From positions 288,001 through 352,000 of IMG/VR virus record IMGVR_UViG_3300028840_006907: a stretch of DNA of 64,000 nt; one strand, 5' to 3'. The first letter of the stretch is position 1; each line of letters opens with the position of its first letter. The notes below the pieces were generated by a model. It saw nothing but the letters and a program-made list of their open reading frames with translations, made no database searches and had not been told where the DNA came from. This DNA is from a virus. Shown here in pieces: positions 57,074 to 64,000 of the stretch. A program made the translations under genes and the position numbers.

Positions 57074-57913
57074 ATGCACAAAATAATAGTCTTATTATTA
57101 GTTTTGTTAGTGAATGTTTTTTCTGTAACGCCTGAATATTTGTGGGTAGGTTCCTACACTATTGAGCATTACAATAATGGTGTTTATTTGGCTTATAGTC
57201 ATAAGCAAGCTTCTGCTTTTACTTCTCTAATGAGTTGGCTTATTAATTGGAAAAATCTTGATATTGATTATAAGTGGAATCATAACTATAAGGATGCTGC
57301 TGTTAATGAGACAGTATTCGAAGGACAGGATTTTAATATTAATGAATTTCTCATTTTTGTTAGTCATGGTTATCGGGGAGGAATGGTCATTAATAAATAT
57401 AATACTTCGACTACTTATGCAATGGATATCTCTAATCAATATCCTAATACCAGATCATGGGATTTTGGTAATTCTTATACCAAATGGATTATCATGGGTT
57501 CTTGTCATACAATCCTGGATGAGCATGTGACTGTGTGGGGGACCACTTTTTATTTTTACGATCAGATTTTTGATGGTGTGCATAGTATTATGGGCTATAA
57601 ATCTGATGGTAGAAACGTTTATGATGGTGGTCCGATAGGAAGATTCCCATTAGAGTGGGTTCATAATCGACGTTCTATTTGGAATGCATGGCGTGTGTCG
57701 GTCCGGGAAGAAGTATATGAAGGTTGCAACCAAGATGTGACACCTTCCATGGTAGGTGTTTGGGGAACTGTGAATGGGCAAGATTGGGATGCAGATACTG
57801 AATTGTTTTATGCTGTGTATGATGCCTTAACACCTCATAATGAAACTTTGGGGGCTTGGATAGGTTATGGTATGATGTATCGTCATGTTGAATATGGCGA
57901 TCCGGAATATTAA
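57074..57913 (+). CDS. secreted protein with caspase-fold-like His/Cys dyad
   Basis: Signal peptide 'MHKIIVLLLVLLVNVFS'. 'IFVSHGYRGG' and, 42 aa later, 'IIMGSCHT'. Confidence 0.4.
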   Translation: MHKIIVLLLVLLVNVFSVTPEYLWVGSYTIEHYNNGVYLAYSHKQASAFTSLMSWLINWKNLDIDYKWNHNYKDAAVNETVFEGQDFNINEFLIFVSHGYRGGMVINKYNTSTTYAMDISNQYPNTRSWDFGNSYTKWIIMGSCHTILDEHVTVWGTTFYFYDQIFDGVHSIMGYKSDGRNVYDGGPIGRFPLEWVHNRRSIWNAWRVSVREEVYEGCNQDVTPSMVGVWGTVNGQDWDADTELFYAVYDALTPHNETLGAWIGYGMMYRHVEYGDPEY

Positions 57914-57930
57914 AAAAGGGAGATAAAGAG

Positions 57931-58848
57931 ATGAAAAAAGTATTTATTATAATAGTATTGTTTTGTGCTTATGGATTTTCAGAAATATCTGTGTCAGATA
58001 TTGTTAAATCATTTGTGGATAATCCAAAGACTTTCAGATCTAGATTGTTGAAATATGAAGTTATTCCAGACCATGTTGATTTACCAATAGAATTTGTCGA
58101 TGATGAAGATGAAAGTTTATGGAAAACTAAGAAAAAGGTTAATTATATAATAGATTATTCAAAGATGTCGAAATGTGCTGATAAATTTAGAGATCTTTTT
58201 GCATATGAAGGATTGACTGAATATCAGTATATGGATCAGTCAAACCTTTTGGTATTTAATCATCCTAATGGTGGCCGTGAAGTATCCGCACAGATTGTCA
58301 GGGATTTGATTAATACTAGAACAGAGGCAGAATTAAAAAATATAGGATTGACTTTAGGTGAAAAGCTCTTTGCCATTTTTAAGAATAAAATAGAATTTCA
58401 ATGTACGGAAATAGAGTATACAAGGGGTCATACGAATTTAAACCAAATAAGTAAATACTCTATTCGATATAGGCGTATTTTTAATGATGGTATTGTCTTA
58501 CAGAATATTTCCTATATAATGTTAACTCTGGAAGGACTTGGTGATTTGATTGAAGTCGAGATTAAATGGCCTAAATTTAAAAAATGTGAAAATATAAAGA
58601 ATGGCATTTTAATTAAGGACGCTTTAATATTAGCTAAACAAGAGTATAATGAAATCGCTTCTCGAAAAGTTGATGAATTCTTAAATATTGAAGCTATCGA
58701 TAGACTTTCTATAACTGGATCTTGTTTTGGATGGACTCATGAGATCATTGATGGTGTTAATTTATTAAAACCTAGTTATGGGTTTGTGGGAATAGCTGAA
58801 ACAAAGAATGGTAAAAAAGAACATCATTATATAAATATCGATAAATGA
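57931..58848 (+). CDS. secreted hypothetical protein
   Basis: Signal peptide 'MKKVFIIIVLFCAYGFS'. RBS 'aagggag'. Confidence 0.5.
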   Translation: MKKVFIIIVLFCAYGFSEISVSDIVKSFVDNPKTFRSRLLKYEVIPDHVDLPIEFVDDEDESLWKTKKKVNYIIDYSKMSKCADKFRDLFAYEGLTEYQYMDQSNLLVFNHPNGGREVSAQIVRDLINTRTEAELKNIGLTLGEKLFAIFKNKIEFQCTEIEYTRGHTNLNQISKYSIRYRRIFNDGIVLQNISYIMLTLEGLGDLIEVEIKWPKFKKCENIKNGILIKDALILAKQEYNEIASRKVDEFLNIEAIDRLSITGSCFGWTHEIIDGVNLLKPSYGFVGIAETKNGKKEHHYINIDK

Positions 58849-58888
58849 TCTATTTTTTTGATACAGTTTTGTAGAAATGGGCTAAATC

Positions 58889-59614
58889 TTGCAACAACAA
58901 ATTTTCGGGTGTTTAAAAGATACTCTTTCGATTCTGATTGTTTTAAAAGATCCTACAGTTGTTAAAAAGATTATAAGGTTTATTCAGCCTACTTATATTT
59001 ATAATATCACAATAGTTAATTCGGTTAAAGGAGCACAGGAAGTTCTTGACAAAGAAAGAGTTCATCTCTGTCTTCTGGGTTCTGAATTTAAAGAATTTGC
59101 TATTATAAATAAATATTTATATACTTCGTTTATAATATTTGTAATTGATGATATAAATTATCATGAGATTTTTAATTATGTGAAATTAGGAGTTAAGACT
59201 CTAATTGACAAAGGTAGTATTAACTTCTCTTTGATAAAAATAATTAATCATTTTTCTCTTAGGAATGTTATTAATCCATTCTATAGAAGAGGTTTCGAAG
59301 ATATTTTATCTGTTTCCACTGAAAAATTAATTGAAAGAAATCCTAGTGGAGTAACTGACTGGGCTTCTGATTGTGGTATATCAGAAAGACAATTAAGATG
59401 GATATGGAATATAAGATTTAAAGTAAAAACTAGAATCGTATTATTTATTTATAAAATTTATAAAACTGCTTTTGATGTTAAAAACCCTTTAGACAAAAAG
59501 ACCTTCGAACAATTAACTTTTTTCTTTATTTCCCATAAAAATGAAATAATAGATTATATCAATTACTTACAATTAAAAGATGTTCCTGTCTACAAAATGT
59601 TCTTTCAATCGTAA
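58889..59614 (+). CDS. putative transcriptional regulator (AraC-like HTH C-terminus)
   Basis: 'DWASDCGISERQLRWIWNIRFKVKTRIVLFIYKIYKTAF' resembles AraC-type HTH. Weak. Confidence 0.3.
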   Translation: MQQQIFGCLKDTLSILIVLKDPTVVKKIIRFIQPTYIYNITIVNSVKGAQEVLDKERVHLCLLGSEFKEFAIINKYLYTSFIIFVIDDINYHEIFNYVKLGVKTLIDKGSINFSLIKIINHFSLRNVINPFYRRGFEDILSVSTEKLIERNPSGVTDWASDCGISERQLRWIWNIRFKVKTRIVLFIYKIYKTAFDVKNPLDKKTFEQLTFFFISHKNEIIDYINYLQLKDVPVYKMFFQS

Positions 59615-59695
59615 TAAACTTCTAATACTCTATTCAATGTAATAATCAATTGATATTTAGCTCTGTTTTAAAGACTATCTGATAAGGAGCAAAAA

Positions 59696-59941
59696 ATGGC
59701 TTTTGAAGTTGAATATTTTGAATTGTCACCGAGCGATGCAACAAATGAGTATGTCTCATTAGGGGGTGTTCCAGTGGTTGCTGATAATGTTGCAATAGAT
59801 CTTGTGGGAGGTACAGCCCAAGCATTAACGAATGATTTTGCCGTTGATGGAACAAGAATTGTATGGGATAGTACATCCTATAATTTAAATGGACTGCTTG
59901 CTACTGGTGACAAAATGAGAGCTATCTACGATAGATCCTAA
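59696..59941 (+). CDS. hypothetical small protein upstream of tail-fibre gene
   Basis: RBS 'aaggag'. 81 aa. Confidence 0.4.
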   Translation: MAFEVEYFELSPSDATNEYVSLGGVPVVADNVAIDLVGGTAQALTNDFAVDGTRIVWDSTSYNLNGLLATGDKMRAIYDRS

Positions 59942-59978
59942 CACCTATAACTAATCGATTTTAAAGGAGTTAGAGCAA

Positions 59979-62900
59979 ATGGCTCAAGTAGAAAGAAAAT
60001 GGATCCAGGACCAAGCAATTTCCAATGAAAAAGTAGATCCCACTGATATTTATACCATTACAGGTTTAAGAGTTGATGAAACCAATGCCATTGGGAGAGT
60101 AGGAATAGGTTTATCTAGCCCTTTGGATGCTCTTCATATTCAACGAACTGATTCTTCTTCTGGAATGATGCTGGATCTTAGTGATGGTACAAATGGTAAA
60201 CTTTATAAGATATATTCAGGAGCTAATGGTTTACTGAATTTTACTGATGCTACAGATGGGGGCATATTCACCTATGGTGAATCAGGTTCGATAGGTCGAG
60301 TTGGTATCAATACCGCATCTATCCAAGATCACCTTCATGTAAGTTCCCCTTTAACAGATGCTGCGTTAAGACTTGATTTAGATGATGGACTCAATGGTCG
60401 AGCTTATCGTCTTGTCTCAGATACAGATGGAGCTTTTAGGATAATTGATGTTGATGCGGGTAATGTAAATAGACTTCAGATTGCTAATACAGGAACTTTA
60501 ACTGTCTCAGGTGATGCAACTTTTGATAGTAATTTTCAAATTAATGGTACTGTTACAGTTATTAATACTGAAATTGTCATTGCAGATCAATTAGAAATAA
60601 ATCAAACTGACAATCAGGCAGCATTGATAGTAAGTCAAGATACAGGTGGTGCTACAGCCACTGTAATGAGAATTGAAAATGCTGGCACAGGCCATGCTTT
60701 AACCGTAGATTCTGGTAATGTAGGTATTGGTACTTTAACTCCGGCTGCTCCTCTTCATGTTCAAGGTGATATAATTACTGCCAATGGGTATAATATCGGA
60801 GACACCACTCATAGAATTGGTACTCTTTGGATGGCTTCTACTGTAGATTATTTGACTGACCTTAATTTTAGTTCAGGTGGAACAAATGTTACTTTTGCAA
60901 CCGGTGGAAATGTCGGGATAGGTTCTGGTACTCCTACCCAGGCCCTGGATGTGGTTGGAACTATAGAAAATACAGGTGATATCATAACAACTGGTTCTTA
61001 TCCTTCCGGTTTAATAAGAGGAGCTTATTTAACGATAACTACTGGAAATTCGACTTTCCAAGGAAGAGTGGGAATTGGTGTTACAAGTCCGTCTTATCCT
61101 CTTCATGTTGGTGGAGACATTTATTCCAATACAGGTAATATTGTAGCCACTGCTGGAACTGTGACAGGTGGATCTGGTTTAATAGCTACTACAGGTGGTG
61201 TTATAGCCTCTGCTGGAAATATAACAGCGACCTTGGGTGATCTCATCGCTTCTGCGGGTTCTGTAACTGCTAATACAAATGTAACTGCTACGAATGGAAA
61301 TATAGTTGCTTCTAATGGAAATATTTCTGCTACGAATGGTACAGTAACAGGAGGCACCGGTTTAATAGCTACCACAGGGGGTGTGACCGCTACGAATGGA
61401 AATATAGTTGCTTCTAATGGAAATATTTCTGCTACGAATGGTACAGTAACAGGAGGCACCGGTTTAATAGCTACCACAGGGGGTGTGACCGCTTTAGCTG
61501 GTAATATCTCTGCTTCGGCTGGTTCTGTAACTGCTAATACTAATATAACAGCCACGAATGGTAATATTGTTGCTTCTAATGGAAATATTTCTGCTACAAA
61601 TGGTACGGTAACAGGAGGCACCGGTTTAATAGCGACTACAGGTGGTGTAACCGCTACGGCTGGAAATATCACTGCTTCAAATGGTAGTTTTGTCGCTCCA
61701 AATGGAATTGTAAGTGTAGGTTTTGGCGTTATAGCAGCAGGGGGTGATATATTTGCCCAAACGGGTAAAGTAGGAATTTCAACCAGTTCTATTGCAGGAG
61801 GTTATGTATTACATGTTCAAGGAAACGCTTATTGTTCAGGTCAAGTAGATACAAATACTTTGGATGTAGGTAGTGGCAGTTTTACTGTAAGTGCAATTGG
61901 TGCAACAAATATCGGACCAGGCTGGTTAACTTTCGGTCAACATATGTCTGGTGGAGGACAGATTGGATCTGCTTCTACCGTAAATATTGTTTCAACCAGT
62001 GGTGCAACTATGTCAGGAGGTTCAGGCGCTGTCTCAATTACTACTAATAACAGTGGTACGCCAAGTGCGATTAATGTGACCTCTGGAAATAACACCGGAT
62101 CAGGAGTTGGTGGAGCACTCAATCTGAATGCAGGTGATTCGGGAGGAGCTGGTACAGGTGGTGCAGTAACTATTACTGGAGGAACGGCTTCAGGTGGTGG
62201 ATCTACAGGAGGAGACATTTTGCTGCTTCCTGGAAGTGCTGTCTCAAATGGGCGCGTTGAGGTAGGCACAGGTGCCTCTTCGAAAAATTTATGGGTTTCA
62301 GGTAGTGTAACTATAGAAGGAGCTAATTCTGCTTTTGCTCTTTCGATTAATAATACGAATTATGTAGGAGCTTATTGTGCAATAGCAGGAGCATCAACGG
62401 TAGCTGGCTGGTTTGAAAATAGTGGTTCAGATTCAACATCTATGTTTGTGCAACAATTAAATACTGGTAAAGGGCTTTTCGCTACTGGATTAGGATTAAA
62501 TTCTTTTGCAGGATTTTTCCAAAGTACGGGCTATACAACTCTTAGGTCAGAAGTGAGTGGTACTGGAGGTGGTGATTATGCTGTACATGCAATATGTACA
62601 AATGCTGGATCGAGTGCCACTTCAGCAGCAGTTTTTGCTCAAAATTGGGGAGGTGGAAAAGCTATTCAGGCAACCGCAGGAACTGGAACTACTATTCAAG
62701 GGTCAAACACTAATGGTACTGCTATTTATGGGTCTCAAGCAGGAACCTCTGGTAGAGCAGGACGTTTTAGGTGTAATGCTGGATCTTATGCATACAATGC
62801 TGTTGAGGTAGAAGTGACTTCAGGTACAGGAGCTTCAAAAGGGATCTTAGTTAATTATACCGGTTCTGGTAATGCTATAGAAGTAAACGGTGGTAGTGGC

Positions 62901-63665
62901 TATGGTATTGAAGCATACCAAAGTGCAGGAACAGTTTATCATGGGACTAATTCAGGAACTACAGGTAGAGCTGCTTTATTCGAAACTTCTAATACCAGTT
63001 TTAATGGTACTATAGTTGAAATAAGTAGTAATACAACATCACTGAATAATAATTGTTTAGTTTGCAATCATTCAGGTAGTGGTACAGGTCTTACTGTTAA
63101 CTCCAATGCAGCGGGTGCTAGTTTTGGTATTAACAGCTTTATGCCGGGTGTCTCTGGAACTGGAAGAGCTATTAATGGCTACTGTGTTTCAGCATCAGGA
63201 TTTGCCGGTTATTTTACTGGGAATGTACATATTGCGGGTACTCTTTCTAAAACTGCGGGTGGTTTTAAAATTGATCATCCAATTGAACCTGAGACAAAGA
63301 ATTTAGTTCATAGTTTTGTTGAAAGCCCTGAGATGAGGAATGTCTATTATGGACGGGCTGTGACTCATGATGGGACAGCATCTATAGGTCTTCCGGATTG
63401 GTGGGTTACATTAAATGGGTCTAATAAGGAAGAGTATAATTATAGTTTAACTACTATTGGTAAATACAGCAGATTATTTATTAGTAAAGAAATAGAGAAC
63501 AATCAATTTGAAGTCTCTTCATTGGATGGAGACTGTACTTTTTCCTGGACTATCTCAGCCATTCGCCATGATACTTATGCTGAGAGCAACAGAATACAAG
63601 TAGAAAAGAACAAAACACAAGAAGAAATAGATGATTATAAAAAAGAGCATGGCATTTCTGTCTAA
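59979..63665 (+). CDS. tail fibre-like protein with internal tandem repeats
   Basis: 1228 aa. Gly/Thr/Ser/Asn-rich with beta-helix-like repeats. The N-terminal 100 aa is paralogous to the next gene. RBS 'aaaggag'. Confidence 0.6.
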   Translation: MAQVERKWIQDQAISNEKVDPTDIYTITGLRVDETNAIGRVGIGLSSPLDALHIQRTDSSSGMMLDLSDGTNGKLYKIYSGANGLLNFTDATDGGIFTYGESGSIGRVGINTASIQDHLHVSSPLTDAALRLDLDDGLNGRAYRLVSDTDGAFRIIDVDAGNVNRLQIANTGTLTVSGDATFDSNFQINGTVTVINTEIVIADQLEINQTDNQAALIVSQDTGGATATVMRIENAGTGHALTVDSGNVGIGTLTPAAPLHVQGDIITANGYNIGDTTHRIGTLWMASTVDYLTDLNFSSGGTNVTFATGGNVGIGSGTPTQALDVVGTIENTGDIITTGSYPSGLIRGAYLTITTGNSTFQGRVGIGVTSPSYPLHVGGDIYSNTGNIVATAGTVTGGSGLIATTGGVIASAGNITATLGDLIASAGSVTANTNVTATNGNIVASNGNISATNGTVTGGTGLIATTGGVTATNGNIVASNGNISATNGTVTGGTGLIATTGGVTALAGNISASAGSVTANTNITATNGNIVASNGNISATNGTVTGGTGLIATTGGVTATAGNITASNGSFVAPNGIVSVGFGVIAAGGDIFAQTGKVGISTSSIAGGYVLHVQGNAYCSGQVDTNTLDVGSGSFTVSAIGATNIGPGWLTFGQHMSGGGQIGSASTVNIVSTSGATMSGGSGAVSITTNNSGTPSAINVTSGNNTGSGVGGALNLNAGDSGGAGTGGAVTITGGTASGGGSTGGDILLLPGSAVSNGRVEVGTGASSKNLWVSGSVTIEGANSAFALSINNTNYVGAYCAIAGASTVAGWFENSGSDSTSMFVQQLNTGKGLFATGLGLNSFAGFFQSTGYTTLRSEVSGTGGGDYAVHAICTNAGSSATSAAVFAQNWGGGKAIQATAGTGTTIQGSNTNGTAIYGSQAGTSGRAGRFRCNAGSYAYNAVEVEVTSGTGASKGILVNYTGSGNAIEVNGGSGYGIEAYQSAGTVYHGTNSGTTGRAALFETSNTSFNGTIVEISSNTTSLNNNCLVCNHSGSGTGLTVNSNAAGASFGINSFMPGVSGTGRAINGYCVSASGFAGYFTGNVHIAGTLSKTAGGFKIDHPIEPETKNLVHSFVESPEMRNVYYGRAVTHDGTASIGLPDWWVTLNGSNKEEYNYSLTTIGKYSRLFISKEIENNQFEVSSLDGDCTFSWTISAIRHDTYAESNRIQVEKNKTQEEIDDYKKEHGISV
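61130..61680 (+). repeat. in-frame tandem repeats (about 102 bp / 34 aa units) inside tail-fibre gene
   Basis: 'acgaatggaaatatagttgcttctaatggaaatatttctgctacgaatggtacagtaacaggaggcaccggtttaatagctaccacagggggtgtgaccgct' recurs at 61291, 61393 and, diverged, at 61545. Protein repeat 'TATNGNIVASNGNISATNGTVTGGTGLIATTGGV'. Confidence 0.7.
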
Positions 63666-63695
63666 ATTTCTTTTGTAAAAAGGAGTTAAATACTC

Positions 63696-64000
63696 ATGTC
63701 ACAAGTGTTGAGAAAATGGATAGCTGATCAAGCCGTTAATAATGATAAAATAGATCCTACCGATACCTATACAATTACAGGATTGAGAGTCGATGAGACG
63801 AATGCCGTAGGAAGAATAGCAATGGGATTAAGCAGTCCATTAGATGCTATTCATATTAGGAGGACTGATACTTCTGCTGGTATAATAATGGATCTTGATG
63901 ATGGAGGTTCAGGACGATCTTATCAAATAACTTCAGATCAAAGTGGCTTTTTAAATGTAAGAGATAGAGATCTCGATGTTGATCGATTGACTTTATATTC
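63696..64000 (+). CDS. second tail fibre-like protein (3' partial), N-terminal paralog of 59979..63665
   Basis: 'MSQVLRKWIADQAVNNDKIDPTDTYTITGLRVDETNAVGRIAMGLSSPLDAIHI' aligns with the first about 60 aa of the upstream fibre (MAQVERKWIQDQAISNEKVDPTDIYTITGLRVDETNAIGRVGIGLSSPLDALHI). RBS 'aaaggag'. Confidence 0.55.
   Translation, partial: MSQVLRKWIADQAVNNDKIDPTDTYTITGLRVDETNAVGRIAMGLSSPLDAIHIRRTDTSAGIIMDLDDGGSGRSYQITSDQSGFLNVRDRDLDVDRLTLY

Noticed and set aside
29354-57530. Further embedded short ORFs: 29354..29557+, 31268..31462+, 31647..31844+, 32375..32557+, 35129..35311+, 35751..35945-, 38456..38659+, 39175..39393+, 40504..40743-, 41319..41627+, 42988..43206-, 43347..43565-, 47198..47578-, 48840..49112-, 52584..52772-, 53076..53270-, 54364..54849+, 56201..56389-, 57227..57530+/-, 59646..59876- and 62557..63306+.
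   Set aside because: They are shadow ORFs inside confidently called genes. Their composition is consistent with antisense or out-of-frame translation.
61121-62269. Minus-strand ORFs 61121..61672 and 61937..62269 with repetitive 'PPVTVPFVAEIFPLEAT' peptides.
   Set aside because: They are antisense shadows of the Gly/Thr-rich tandem repeats in the tail-fibre gene. The repetition comes from the sense-strand repeats.
59979-64000. Diversity-generating retroelement targeting the tail fibre.
   Set aside because: No reverse transcriptase gene and no template/variable repeat pair with adenine-specific mismatches is visible. The repeats are in-frame tandem duplications instead.

Overview
AT-rich (about 30-35% GC), densely packed prokaryotic-style window. 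Genes sit in long co-directional blocks with frequent 1-4 nt start/stop overlaps and AGGAG-like RBSs. It reads as a large phage (or a phage-like island in a low-GC bacterium). Main content, in order: (1) 1-8.3 kb, small structural-looking proteins, a 994-aa glycosyltransferase/methyltransferase fusion and a thymidylate kinase. (2) 8.9-25.5 kb, a + strand operon for nucleotide-sugar and nonulosonic-acid (sialic/pseudaminic-like) biosynthesis, interleaved with methyltransferases and several sulfotransferase-like genes. (3) 26.9-39.8 kb, a - strand glycan-tailoring operon with GT2/GT10-like transferases, methyltransferases and a split transketolase-like pair flanking a radical SAM enzyme. (4) 40-51 kb, K/E-rich virion-like proteins, a SWIM zinc-finger protein, an FmdB zinc ribbon, a rhodanese and another sulfotransferase. 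(5) 51.4-52.3 kb, a cas-less CRISPR array of 16 type I-E-like 29-nt repeats with 61-bp periodicity, an AT-rich leader and a distal hairpin terminator. Two more copies of the same repeat sit in reverse orientation at 25.5 kb. (6) A large HTH-repeat protein with a Vsr-like nuclease motif lies next to the array, followed by a small P-loop ATPase pair and secreted proteins. (7) From 59.7 kb, two tandem tail-fibre-like genes, one of 1228 aa with 34-aa tandem repeats. No rRNA, tRNA, integrase, transposase, cas or reverse transcriptase gene was recognised.
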